A DNA stretch of 62,888 nucleotides, filler included, from a bacterium (GTDB lineage Bacteria > UBP15 > UBA6099 > JAJRTR01), in assembly GCA_024278215.1 (NCBI GenBank). It is 5 parts of 5 records of this genome, joined end to end, with 100 filler letters (N's around TTAATTAATTAA, not from the genome) between each part and the next. Parts side by side here need not be neighbours in the genome. Positions count along the whole stretch, not along the records: positions 1 to 22,952 come from JAJRTR010000033.1; 4 more parts are not named here. One strand, 5' to 3'. The translations under genes and the position numbers were made by a program. A model generated the notes under the pieces. It saw nothing but the letters and a program-made list of their open reading frames with translations. It was not told the DNA's origin and made no database searches. How positions within the stretch are numbered: position 1 is the stretch's first letter; each line of letters starts with the position of its first letter. Of the stretch, positions 1 to 9,922 are shown in pieces.

Positions 1-3000
1 AGACGGTGGACGCGTCGCCGCCGACACAAAGCAACTGGAACCCGGCTTCCGGCTCGAGTATCTGCGGTTCTTCCGTGTCGGTCGATCTGGACACCGACGA
101 AAACGCACTGTGCCGCTGGTCGCTCACCGACCAGGCTTACAGCGCGATGCCCGCCGCGAACGACTGCTCGGGCGGCGCATACGCGACAAGCCACACATGC
201 AACGCCACGGGCCTCGCCGCGGGCGCGGACATCGTTTATGTCGCCTGTACGGACGTGCGGGGTAACGAACACTCCGCCGCCGACAATACCGAACTCAACT
301 ATACTACCGACCAGTCGCCGCCCGTTCAGAGCAATTGGGACCCGGCAAAAGGCTCATGGATCACAACCACATCGCCTTCGATCACCCTGGACACCGACGA
401 AAACGCCACCTGCCGCTGGTCGCTCACCGACCTGGCCTACAGCGCGATAGCCGCAGGCAACACCTGCGCGGGCGGTGGCACGAAAAACCACACATGCAGC
501 GCCTCCGGCCTTTCACTCGGCGCGGAAATCGTTTACATCTCCTGCGTCGACTCCTGCGGCAACGAAGACTCGTCGGCTACCAATGACGATATAGACTACA
601 ACGTCGACAACACTCCGCCAACGGATGTTGCGACTGTCTACGACGGCGACACCGTCGGGGTCGACATCGACCTGACCCACTCCACGACGCAGCTTTCCTG
701 CAACTGGACGGCATCCTCCGATCCGGAAAGCGGCGTAGCCAGATACTGGTACTCGATAGGCACCACCGCCGGCGCCAGCGATACCGTCTCATGGACCGAC
801 AACGCCGCCGCCACAGCCGTCACAAAGACCGGCCTCACTCTCACCGACGGCCAGATGTACTACTGTTCCGTGCAGGTTGAAAACAATGTTGGTCTCGTTT
901 CCGGCGTAACGACTTCCGACGGCCATAAAGTGGAAGTGCTCCAGCCGCCTGTTGTCTCCAATGTGCAATTCAACCCGTCCGGCGTTTGCAGCGACGGCAG
1001 CACCACGTCGACTGTGACCGCCGACGTTACCGATCCCAACGGCGCGGCGGACATCAACACGGTGCAGATTCAGTTGTCTCCCATAAACGGCGGCACTTCA
1101 CTGCTCGTATCTCTCTATGACGACGGCGCGACCGCGGGCGATGTCGCCGCCGCGGACGGAACATACACGAACAACACGATCAGCGCACTCGCGGGCACCT
1201 CAATCGGCGCGAAAACACTTACCGTGACCGCGACCGACATGGCAGCCGACACGGGAAGCGCCGATGGAACACTGAATGTTGACGACTGCTCGCCGCCGTC
1301 GGATATCGCCACTGTCTACGACGGTGCCGCGGCGGGTGTCGACATCGACGTCACCAACTCCGACACGCAGCTTTCCTGCAACTGGACGGCGTCGACCGAC
1401 GCGCAGAGCGGTATCGCGAAGTACTGGTACTCGATAGGCACTACCGCTGGCGCGAGCGATACCGTCTCATGGACAGACAACGCGCTCTCGCTCACCGTCA
1501 CGAAATCCGGTCTTACTCTCACCGACGGCCAGACATACTACTGCAACGCGAAGGCCGAAAACGGCGCGGGGCTGCTGTCCGGCATTACAAGTTCCGACGG
1601 CCAGACTGTGGATGTGTCGCCACCGACACAGAGCAACTGGAACCCGCCCGACCTGTCGACACTTTGCAGCACATCCGAGCCGGTAACGCTCGCCACCGAC
1701 GAACTCGCCCAGTGCCGCTGGTCGCTCTCCGACCAGTCATACAGCGCGATGCCCGGCGCGAACGACTGCTCCGGCGGCGCTTATGCCGTTAATCATACTT
1801 GCAACACTTCAGGCCTCTCCACAGGTACGGAAACTGTTTATATCGCCTGCACAGACGAATACACCAACGAACACTCGGCCACGACAAACACGGAACTGAC
1901 TTACAACGTCGACGGCTCGACTCCCGCGCAGAGCAACTGGAACCCGGCCAAAGGATCGGTCATTACGACAACAACACCGGCTGTCACACTCGACACGGAC
2001 GAACTCGCCCAGTGCCGCTGGTCGCTCTCCGACATCGCCTACAGCGCCATGCCCGGTGCGAACGACTGCTCCGGCGGCGCCGCGGCCCTCAACCACACAT
2101 GCAGTACAACCGGCCTCGCGGAAGGCGCGAACTTCGTATACGTCGCCTGCGTCGACACCTGCGGAAACGAAGACTCGACAGCGACCAACGAAGATATAGA
2201 TTACACTGTCGACACCACACCACCTGTCCAGAGTAACTGGAACCCGGCGACCGGCACGATAATCACGACAACCTCGCCCACTATCACGCTCGACACAGAC
2301 GAAAACGCCCAGTGCCGCTGGTCGCTCACGGATCAGGATTACTCAGCCATGCCCGGCGCGAACGACTGCTCCGGCGGCGTGTACGCCACCAGCCATTCAT
2401 GCGCCGCGAGCGGACTTTCCACAGGGCCTGAGATCGTATATGTCTCATGCGTCGATCAATACGGCAACGAACAGACCACCATGATAAACGAGGACCTCGA
2501 CTATATCGTCGACATAACGCCGCCGGCGGATGTAACCGTCTATGACGGCGATGTCGCGGGCGCGGACATCGACTCGCAGATGGAACAGACGCAGCTTTCG
2601 TGCAACTGGACGGCCTCGTCCGACCCGGAAACGGGTGTCGCAAGGTACTGGTACTCGTTCGGCACGGCTGCGGGCTCGACAAACATCACCGGGTGGACCG
2701 ACAACGGTACTGCTACAATCGTGACTAAAACCGGACTCGCTCTGTCAATAGGCACAACCTATTATTGCAACGTCCGCGCGGAAAACGGTGCCGGTCTGCT
2801 CGCCAATGTCACCAGTTCCGACGGCGTGCTCGTCACCGACATAAAACCGAATCCGCCTGTAATCACAGCCACCGTCAGCTCGGGCGGCAACATCGACATC
2901 ACATTCACCGCGCCGACTACAAATGAGGACGGTTCACCGATCACAAATCTCGTCAGTCACAACATACTCGTGAGCACTCCCGCGAGCGGGCCGCCCTACA

Positions 3001-4031
3001 ACCTCGTCCAGAACGTGCTCAACAGTGTTCCGGGCGCGACCGTCAATTACACCGACGTCGGGCCGTTCACCTATTACGACACCTATTGCTATGTGGCAAC
3101 AGCGATAAACGATCTCAGCATCGAAAGCGACTACTCCAACGAGATGTGTGTCGTCGCCGAACCCGTTTCCTACAACAACGACCAGGTGTGCGCGACACAG
3201 GACGACAGTACATACCACCCTGAAAACTGGCCCTCATACCTGAACGCCCCGCTGGGCATCGCATACGATTCCAACTCGGGGCACCTGTTCATCGCAGACA
3301 CGGACAACCACCGCATAAGCGAGTGGGACCCGGCATTGCCCTGCTCGTTCGTCGCGATACACGGAGAATACGGGTTCGGCGACGGCCAGTTCAAGAAACC
3401 CTATGACCTGGATATTGTCAACGGCACAATGTACGTAGTCGACCAGAGCAACCGCCTCCAGATACTCGACCACACGGTCGCGCCCACCAACCCGCCGACA
3501 CCGATGACACCCAAAGCTTCGAGCATTATCATACCACTCGCTTTCGGTGTCGCCGCGGACGGCTCCGGCTACATATTCGTTTCAGCCACCAGCAACAAAA
3601 TATACAAGTACGACTACGCCGGCACTCTCCAGCCAGGCTGGCCGGTCGATGCCGACAGTCCGAGGGGAATCGACGTGGACAGCGCGGGTAACATATATTA
3701 CGCGTCTTACGGCAGGAATCAGGTTGTGGTTCTGGACTCCACAGGCACCGAGACTGCCGCGTGGGGCAGCCCGGGAACAGGATTCGGACAGTTCGATAAA
3801 CCCTATAATGTCGAAGTGGACGATACCAACAGTCTTGTATATGTATCGGACACGGGCAACGACAGGGTACAGGTTTTCGACACCACGGGCCAGTTGCAGA
3901 ACATAATCGGCGGGTTCGGATACCAGGCTGGTTCCCTCAGGGGGCCGCACGGCACAGTCGATATTCCGGGAGGCAGCGTTTTCATCCTCGATTCGGACAA
4001 CCAGAGATTCCAGGAATTCTCGAAGCCATAG
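1..4031 (+). CDS. Very large secreted/surface repeat protein (5' truncated): Cys-rich Ig-like repeats, FN3-like repeats, choice-of-anchor-X-like module, C-terminal NHL beta-propeller
   Basis: ORF is open from the window edge (1341 aa). Five ~100-aa repeats SPPxQSNWNPA..LDTDE.A.CRWSL.D..YS.M...NDC; three repeats VYDG..G.DID...QLSCNWTAS.D..SG..YWYS.GT; motif LYDDG...GD..A.DG.YT; NHL motifs near the C-terminus (P.GIA.D..LFIADTDNHRI, G.G.GQF.KP). Confidence 0.8.
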   Translation, partial: TVDASPPTQSNWNPASGSSICGSSVSVDLDTDENALCRWSLTDQAYSAMPAANDCSGGAYATSHTCNATGLAAGADIVYVACTDVRGNEHSAADNTELNYTTDQSPPVQSNWDPAKGSWITTTSPSITLDTDENATCRWSLTDLAYSAIAAGNTCAGGGTKNHTCSASGLSLGAEIVYISCVDSCGNEDSSATNDDIDYNVDNTPPTDVATVYDGDTVGVDIDLTHSTTQLSCNWTASSDPESGVARYWYSIGTTAGASDTVSWTDNAAATAVTKTGLTLTDGQMYYCSVQVENNVGLVSGVTTSDGHKVEVLQPPVVSNVQFNPSGVCSDGSTTSTVTADVTDPNGAADINTVQIQLSPINGGTSLLVSLYDDGATAGDVAAADGTYTNNTISALAGTSIGAKTLTVTATDMAADTGSADGTLNVDDCSPPSDIATVYDGAAAGVDIDVTNSDTQLSCNWTASTDAQSGIAKYWYSIGTTAGASDTVSWTDNALSLTVTKSGLTLTDGQTYYCNAKAENGAGLLSGITSSDGQTVDVSPPTQSNWNPPDLSTLCSTSEPVTLATDELAQCRWSLSDQSYSAMPGANDCSGGAYAVNHTCNTSGLSTGTETVYIACTDEYTNEHSATTNTELTYNVDGSTPAQSNWNPAKGSVITTTTPAVTLDTDELAQCRWSLSDIAYSAMPGANDCSGGAAALNHTCSTTGLAEGANFVYVACVDTCGNEDSTATNEDIDYTVDTTPPVQSNWNPATGTIITTTSPTITLDTDENAQCRWSLTDQDYSAMPGANDCSGGVYATSHSCAASGLSTGPEIVYVSCVDQYGNEQTTMINEDLDYIVDITPPADVTVYDGDVAGADIDSQMEQTQLSCNWTASSDPETGVARYWYSFGTAAGSTNITGWTDNGTATIVTKTGLALSIGTTYYCNVRAENGAGLLANVTSSDGVLVTDIKPNPPVITATVSSGGNIDITFTAPTTNEDGSPITNLVSHNILVSTPASGPPYNLVQNVLNSVPGATVNYTDVGPFTYYDTYCYVATAINDLSIESDYSNEMCVVAEPVSYNNDQVCATQDDSTYHPENWPSYLNAPLGIAYDSNSGHLFIADTDNHRISEWDPALPCSFVAIHGEYGFGDGQFKKPYDLDIVNGTMYVVDQSNRLQILDHTVAPTNPPTPMTPKASSIIIPLAFGVAADGSGYIFVSATSNKIYKYDYAGTLQPGWPVDADSPRGIDVDSAGNIYYASYGRNQVVVLDSTGTETAAWGSPGTGFGQFDKPYNVEVDDTNSLVYVSDTGNDRVQVFDTTGQLQNIIGGFGYQAGSLRGPHGTVDIPGGSVFILDSDNQRFQEFSKP

Positions 4032-4179
4032 TGTCGTTTCACGATTTCATATACGCAATTCCTATTAATAACCGCTGTATTGTCAGTCGCACGGTAATCG
4101 TGATATATTTTGTATTTACCTGAGTAAAAATAGATGGGGGTGCGACATATATGCACAAACCGAAACGATTGGAGAAATT

Positions 4180-4821
4180 ATGATAGTAGAACGGCTTATG
4201 GTAGGAGGATTCCAGGAAAACACATTCATCATCGGATGCCCGGAAACAAAAGAAGGCGCCGTCATAGACCCCGGCACGGACGCGGACCTGATACTTGCAC
4301 AGATCGACGTGCTTGGGCTCAACGTTACGAAAATAATAAACACGCACGCGCACATTGATCACATCGGCGCGGTGGAAGCGATAAAACAGGCAAAAGGCGC
4401 GAAGTTTTATATTCACAAAAACGAGGAACCGCTGGTGAAAGCATACGATCAGCAGTGCCGGATGTTCGGTGTGCAGTTCGGCTCCGAACCGGAGATCGAC
4501 GGCTATATCGAAGAAGGCGAAACGGTGGAAGTCGGCAACCTGCGCGCCTCGGTCATCTTCACTCCAGGCCACTCGCCCGGCGGAATATGTTTCCATTTCG
4601 GCGAACGCATTTTCGTGGGCGACACGCTTTTTATGGGCTCGATAGGTCGCACCGACCTGCCGGGCGGAAGCACCGAGATGCTTTTAAACAACATAAAAAC
4701 CAAGCTGCTCGTGCTGCCGCCGGAAACTATCGTCCACTGCGGACACGGCCCGGACACTACCATAGGCAGGGAAAAGGACAGCAACCCATTCCTTACAGGC
4801 GGCGGCATGTTCGGTTTATGA
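4180..4821 (+). CDS. MBL-fold metallo-hydrolase (glyoxalase II/YcbL-like)
   Basis: THAHIDHIG, TPGHSPG, GDTLF..SIGRTDLPGG and GHGPDTTIG motifs; GGAG SD upstream. Confidence 0.92.
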   Translation: MIVERLMVGGFQENTFIIGCPETKEGAVIDPGTDADLILAQIDVLGLNVTKIINTHAHIDHIGAVEAIKQAKGAKFYIHKNEEPLVKAYDQQCRMFGVQFGSEPEIDGYIEEGETVEVGNLRASVIFTPGHSPGGICFHFGERIFVGDTLFMGSIGRTDLPGGSTEMLLNNIKTKLLVLPPETIVHCGHGPDTTIGREKDSNPFLTGGGMFGL

Positions 4822-4873
4822 ACGATGTCATTCATGTTGATTCACGGAGACTTATCAAAAAACCGGAGGCATT

Positions 4874-7800
4874 ATGAAAAACAACAGACTGTTTATCGCG
4901 CTCATGCTTTTTATTATGGCGTCGCCTGTATTTATGAGACCGGCCTTCGCGGGCGCAAGGATGGACGATGTTCTGGGCAAACTCGGTCTCGAACGCGAAA
5001 CCGTCAAGTATCACATCGAGTCGGGCTGGTTCCACGCTAAAAAAGGAATGGACGAACGATGTACGGCCCCGAACTACAGGCCGACTCCAAAAGAATGGAA
5101 AAAGCGGGGTGTTGGACTCACCTGGACCGGCAAAGGAACCGAACGCTGGTTCCTCGTCAGGTTCGCCATCCCCGAACAGGTCGCCGGTGTGCCGATCAAA
5201 GGCTCGAAAGCCGTGTTCCATGCTGCCATGACCGGCAACGGCGATATATGGGTCAACGGAATATATAAAAGCAGCTTCCGCTATGACAACGGCGAAGCGT
5301 TGCTGGGCAAGCAGGTCGCGCCCGGCGAAAAATATGTCGTCGTGGTTCGGGGCGTCAGCAATGGTTCCGCCGCGATGTTCACAGACGCCTACCTTACGTT
5401 CTCGGCGCTTGAAGCGCCCCAGCGTCGCATAAAAGATTATGTCGACAAGGTTCAGACTGTGCAGTTGTTGTTCGACCAGCTCAACGAAACAGAGAAAGAG
5501 AGATGGGAGCAGGTGCTCGAAGAATCCGCCGCGAAGGTCGATCTCGATGCACTGAGCAGAAACGACATGCCCGCGCTGCTCGAATCGCTCGATGCCGCTT
5601 CCGTCAGACTCGACGAATTCGGCGGGATCGCAAAGAAGTATACAATGTACCTGCTGGGCTATTCGCACATCGACCTCGCGTGGCTCTGGGACTACCGCGA
5701 AGGCGAAAAAGTGTGGCACGACACGGCGAAAACCGTTTTCGAACTCATGGAGGAATACCCCGATTTCATCTTCACGGAAACACAGGCTCACGGCTATAAA
5801 TGGATGGAAGACGATTATCCGAAAAGTATTTACGCGAAACTTCACAAGTGGTACGACGCGGGCAGATGGGAGATCACGGGCGGCACATGGACCGAGCACG
5901 ACTCGAACCTGCCCAGCGGCGAAGGCTTCGTCCGTCAGTTTTTATACGGCAAAAAATATTTCCGTGATAAATTCGACAAGGATGTTGTCGTCGCGTGGAC
6001 TCCCGACAGCTTCGGTTACAATTGGAACCTGCCGCAGATTCTCAAGAAATCCGGCATGACCGGTTTCCTCACACAGAAGATCAACTGGAACGATACGACG
6101 AAATTCCCCTACCACATATTCTGGTGGGAAGGCCCGGACGGCTCGAAGATTCTGACATATTTCCCGGTCGGCGGCTACGGAGAATCCGTGGACGCGAACC
6201 GCATGTTGCAGCAACTCAAAGAGATGAAGCGAAAGCACGATGTCGACGAAAACTTCGTAATCTTCGGAGTGGGCGACCACGGCGGCGGCGTCACCCGCCG
6301 TCACCTCGACCGCGCGTTCGCACTGAAGAAAAACCCGGTATATCCGAAAATCGAGTTCACTACCGCCGAAAAATATTTCAAACATCTCCACAAACTCGCT
6401 GAAAAGAAGGATTTCCCGGTCTGGGACGACGAACTTTATCTCCAGTACCACCGCGGCACATACACGACTCAGGCGGCGACAAAGCGCAACAACCGCCGGG
6501 GCGAAATACAGATGCAGGTCGCCGAAAAGTTCGCCGCTGTCGCGGACAAGCTCGGTAGTGATGTCCCGTATCCATTCCGCGAGATATTCGGCGGATGGTA
6601 CTACATCATGCTCAACCAGATGCACGATATACTGCCCGGCTCGGGTATCCGCAAAGTCTACGAGGATGCCGAAAAAGACTATGCTAAACAGCACAAACTC
6701 GGCAACATGGTTCTCGACAACGCGCTCGACTCGATTACGTCGAAGATCGACACTTCCGGCATCGGCAATGCGCTCGTCGTGTTCAATCCGCTCTCGTGGA
6801 AACGCGACGGAATTGTAGAACTCGCGCTCGATGAACTGCCGGCCAAGCCCGCTATATTGAGTCCGGCCGGAGCGACTGTTCCGTCGCAGATAGTGGACAA
6901 CAGGGACGGCGGCAAATCACTCGTTTTTATCGCGCGTGACATACCTTCAATCGGATACGCCGTGTGCCGTGTCGTCGCCGCGTCGGACGCCGCGCCCGCG
7001 CCGGTAACCGACCTCACGGCGGACGGCACGACAATCGAAAACACGTTTCTGAAACTCACGCTCGATCCGGAATCGGGCGAGATAGCAAGCCTGCTCGACA
7101 AACAGACCGGCAAGGAGATCATCAGGGCGGGAGCAGGCGGCGCTGTGCTCCAACTCTATAACGACAAGCCCGCGAAATACGATGCCTGGAACATCCGCAT
7201 CGGCGACCCGGTATACATGGACCGCGTCGGCAGAGTCGAGCTTGTCGAGAACGGACCCGTGCGTGCCACACTCAAGATGTCGCATCGCGTGGGCGGTTCG
7301 ATCTCCACATTCGACCAGTACTTCACACTCTATGAAAACCGGCCTCTGGCCGATGGGCGCATCGAGGTCGAATGGCAGGAAAGCAATGTTATCGCTAAAC
7401 TCGCTTTCAATCTCGATATGATGAACGAAACCGCATGGTTCGAGATTCCGTACGCGGCCATCGAGCGGCGTGCCGTACCGCTCACACCCGCCGACCGGGC
7501 GAAGTGGGAAGTGTCCGCGCAGAAGTGGGTGGATTATACCGACAAATCCGGTACCTACGGTGTCGGCCTGCTTAACAACAGCAAGTACGGATATGACGTA
7601 AAAGACAACGTGCTGCGCATGACGCTGCTGAGGTCGCCCGTCGCGCCCGACCCGCTCGCCGACCGCGGCCACCACTCGATCCCCTACGCGCTTTACCCAC
7701 ATGCCGGCGACTGGCGCGATGCGAATGTACCGCGAAAAGGCTACGAATTCAACTGGCCGCTCATCACCCGCTTATCCGACAGCCATGCGGGCGAACTGCC

Positions 7801-8068
7801 CGTTTCGGAATCGTTCTTCCGGTGCGAACCGCCCAACGTGCTTCTCAACGTCGTCAAGAAAGCCGAAAATAAAAAGGATTACATCATCAGGTTCTATGAA
7901 ACATCCGGCATCGACACGGAAGCGAAGATAACGCTGCCCGGCACACCGGCAAGTGTTGTGGAAACGAATCTTATCGAAGACGAGATGGAACCGGTTCCCT
8001 TCGACGGCAACCGGATCAGCGTGCCCATCGGCCACTACGAAATAAAGACGTTACGTGTTTCGTTTTGA
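4874..8068 (+). CDS. Glycoside hydrolase family 38 alpha-mannosidase with signal peptide and N-terminal extension
   Basis: SHIDLAWLW, WTPDSFGY, GVGDHGGG, ELYLQYHRGTYTTQ and NQMHDILPGS motifs; hydrophobic N-terminus; GGAGG SD. Confidence 0.93.
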   Translation: MKNNRLFIALMLFIMASPVFMRPAFAGARMDDVLGKLGLERETVKYHIESGWFHAKKGMDERCTAPNYRPTPKEWKKRGVGLTWTGKGTERWFLVRFAIPEQVAGVPIKGSKAVFHAAMTGNGDIWVNGIYKSSFRYDNGEALLGKQVAPGEKYVVVVRGVSNGSAAMFTDAYLTFSALEAPQRRIKDYVDKVQTVQLLFDQLNETEKERWEQVLEESAAKVDLDALSRNDMPALLESLDAASVRLDEFGGIAKKYTMYLLGYSHIDLAWLWDYREGEKVWHDTAKTVFELMEEYPDFIFTETQAHGYKWMEDDYPKSIYAKLHKWYDAGRWEITGGTWTEHDSNLPSGEGFVRQFLYGKKYFRDKFDKDVVVAWTPDSFGYNWNLPQILKKSGMTGFLTQKINWNDTTKFPYHIFWWEGPDGSKILTYFPVGGYGESVDANRMLQQLKEMKRKHDVDENFVIFGVGDHGGGVTRRHLDRAFALKKNPVYPKIEFTTAEKYFKHLHKLAEKKDFPVWDDELYLQYHRGTYTTQAATKRNNRRGEIQMQVAEKFAAVADKLGSDVPYPFREIFGGWYYIMLNQMHDILPGSGIRKVYEDAEKDYAKQHKLGNMVLDNALDSITSKIDTSGIGNALVVFNPLSWKRDGIVELALDELPAKPAILSPAGATVPSQIVDNRDGGKSLVFIARDIPSIGYAVCRVVAASDAAPAPVTDLTADGTTIENTFLKLTLDPESGEIASLLDKQTGKEIIRAGAGGAVLQLYNDKPAKYDAWNIRIGDPVYMDRVGRVELVENGPVRATLKMSHRVGGSISTFDQYFTLYENRPLADGRIEVEWQESNVIAKLAFNLDMMNETAWFEIPYAAIERRAVPLTPADRAKWEVSAQKWVDYTDKSGTYGVGLLNNSKYGYDVKDNVLRMTLLRSPVAPDPLADRGHHSIPYALYPHAGDWRDANVPRKGYEFNWPLITRLSDSHAGELPVSESFFRCEPPNVLLNVVKKAENKKDYIIRFYETSGIDTEAKITLPGTPASVVETNLIEDEMEPVPFDGNRISVPIGHYEIKTLRVSF

Positions 8069-8121
8069 AGGGTTGTTGCTGAATGTTGTCGCCGGCGGCG
8101 TGCGCGGTTTTGCGCCGTCGA

Positions 8122-8889
8122 TCAGTCTATCAATCGCTTCGACATAAGCCGCAGGGCGAGTTCGATGATGAGGGTTGTCGAGAGAATCAGATAGGCGAGT
8201 TTCGCGAGCAGCCAGGGCGTGCCGTTGCCGGTGATCAGGGCGCGGGTGAGGTCCACGACACTTGTAAGGGGCAGTATCCATAACACGTTCTGCACATACA
8301 CCGGAAACCTGCTGAGCGGAAAGTATGTGCCGCAAAGGAATATGACAGGGAAAATAATTGCAAAGAAAAATTGGAAGTGCTCGAATTCTTTCGCCTTTGC
8401 GGAGACAGACAGCGCGATGGCCGCGAAGTTCAGGCCGCCGATGATGATGATAGGGAATGCGAGCGCCGCGCTGAGGTGATCGAAGACACCGACTATCCCC
8501 ATAACGATAAACAGCACGACCGAACTGATGAGAGATTTCGTGGCACCCCAGGCGATTTCGCCGAAAGCGACTTCGAGCGGCGAGAGAGGCGTGCTGATGA
8601 TGGCGTCGAACGTATGCTGGTAGGTCATGCGATAGAAACTGCCGTAAGTGCACTCGAATGTCGCGCGAAGCAGCGACTCGGTCGCGAGAATACCGGCAGT
8701 GACAAAGACCAGATAAGGCATGCCGTCGATGTCGCCGACGTAGTGGCCCACGCCCAGCCCCATGATCAGCAGCAGGCCGATAGGTTGTATGAACGGGGGC
8801 AGGAAATATACGAGCCAGCCCCTTTTATATATGAGGTAATTCCTGTACCAGACATGTGTCCAGCCTGTCGTCATTTGAAATACTTTCAT
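8122..8889 (-). CDS. ABC-2 type exporter permease (NodJ-like)
   Basis: About six hydrophobic segments; FECTYGSFYRM.YQHTFDAIISTP is typical of the NodJ family; lies downstream of the ATPase. Confidence 0.88.
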   Translation of the reverse strand: MKVFQMTTGWTHVWYRNYLIYKRGWLVYFLPPFIQPIGLLLIMGLGVGHYVGDIDGMPYLVFVTAGILATESLLRATFECTYGSFYRMTYQHTFDAIISTPLSPLEVAFGEIAWGATKSLISSVVLFIVMGIVGVFDHLSAALAFPIIIIGGLNFAAIALSVSAKAKEFEHFQFFFAIIFPVIFLCGTYFPLSRFPVYVQNVLWILPLTSVVDLTRALITGNGTPWLLAKLAYLILSTTLIIELALRLMSKRLID

Positions 8890-8930
8890 TTACGCCAACC
8901 CATCTTACAGCTTTAATTATTGAAACGACG

Positions 8931-9878
8931 CTATGCCCCGATGGACAGTTCCCTCCCTGTGAGTTTCAGGAAAACATCCTCGAGTGTCGAAGGCCTCATG
9001 ATAGGTTCGAAGTCGGCGACCTCGCGCAGGCTTTCCGTCAGCGGCTCGCTTTCGTCCGAATGGACATATATCCTGTCGCCGAACCGCTCGATCCGGCAGG
9101 GCTTGCCGTCGAATATACGCCGCACTGCGGATTCCGTGTCGTTACCGTTAACATTTATCTCGAGTGTGAACCTGCCTATGTGCTCGCTGATCATTGCAGG
9201 CGGCGCGCCGCGCACGATTATCTTTCCCCTGTTCATTATCACAATCTCTTCACAAAGGTTTTCCGCTTCCTCCATATAATGTGTTGTGATCAGGAGCGTG
9301 ATGCCCTGCCTCCTGAGCTTGCGGAGCCGCTGCCATATAAGATGCCGGACCTGCGGATCGAGCCCGGTTGTGGGTTCATCGAGAATGAGTATCCGCGGTT
9401 TATTTATCAGCGCGCGCGCAATCAGCAGCCTGCGCTGCATGCCACCCGAAAGATGCGGGACACGTTCATTGCGGCGGTCCTCGAGTTTGGCGAAATGAAG
9501 CAGTTCTTCGGCGCGGACGACCGCTTCCTTTTTAGGTATGCCGTGATAACGCGCGAAAATCATCAGGTTCTGCATCACCGTGAGATCATCGTCCAGACTG
9601 CTTTTCTGCGGCACTACGCCGATGTCTTTTTTTATATCCTTCGCGCGTCGTATCGGGTCCAACCCCAGCACGCGGAGTTTGCCGGCAGTAGGTCGGGCCA
9701 TGCAGCAGATCATGCGCATCACAGTCGTTTTCCCCGCACCGTTCGGCCCGAGGAAACCGAACGAGCCGCCTTCGCGCACATCGAAACTCACACCGTCGAC
9801 AGCCCTGATAGCGCCGAAATGTTTTTTCAGGCCGTCGGCGTCGACCATACAGCGTTTCTCTTTATTGTTGTTGTTCAT
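8931..9878 (-). CDS. ABC exporter ATP-binding subunit (NodI/DrrA-like)
   Basis: Walker A GPNGAGKTT, signature LSGGMQRR, Walker B ILILDEPTTGLDP, C-terminal TLEDVFLKLTGR. Confidence 0.93.
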   Translation of the reverse strand: MNNNNKEKRCMVDADGLKKHFGAIRAVDGVSFDVREGGSFGFLGPNGAGKTTVMRMICCMARPTAGKLRVLGLDPIRRAKDIKKDIGVVPQKSSLDDDLTVMQNLMIFARYHGIPKKEAVVRAEELLHFAKLEDRRNERVPHLSGGMQRRLLIARALINKPRILILDEPTTGLDPQVRHLIWQRLRKLRRQGITLLITTHYMEEAENLCEEIVIMNRGKIIVRGAPPAMISEHIGRFTLEINVNGNDTESAVRRIFDGKPCRIERFGDRIYVHSDESEPLTESLREVADFEPIMRPSTLEDVFLKLTGRELSIGA

Positions 9879-9922
9879 ATCGTTTCGTTCGGTCGTTTTC
9901 TATAACCCATGCGGCCGTTTCG

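Noticed and set aside
1-2830. Regularly spaced ~300-nt DNA repeats as a possible CRISPR or DGR template
   Set aside because: The repeats are in-frame protein modules; there are no unique spacers, no cas or RT gene, and no adenine-specific variation was seen.
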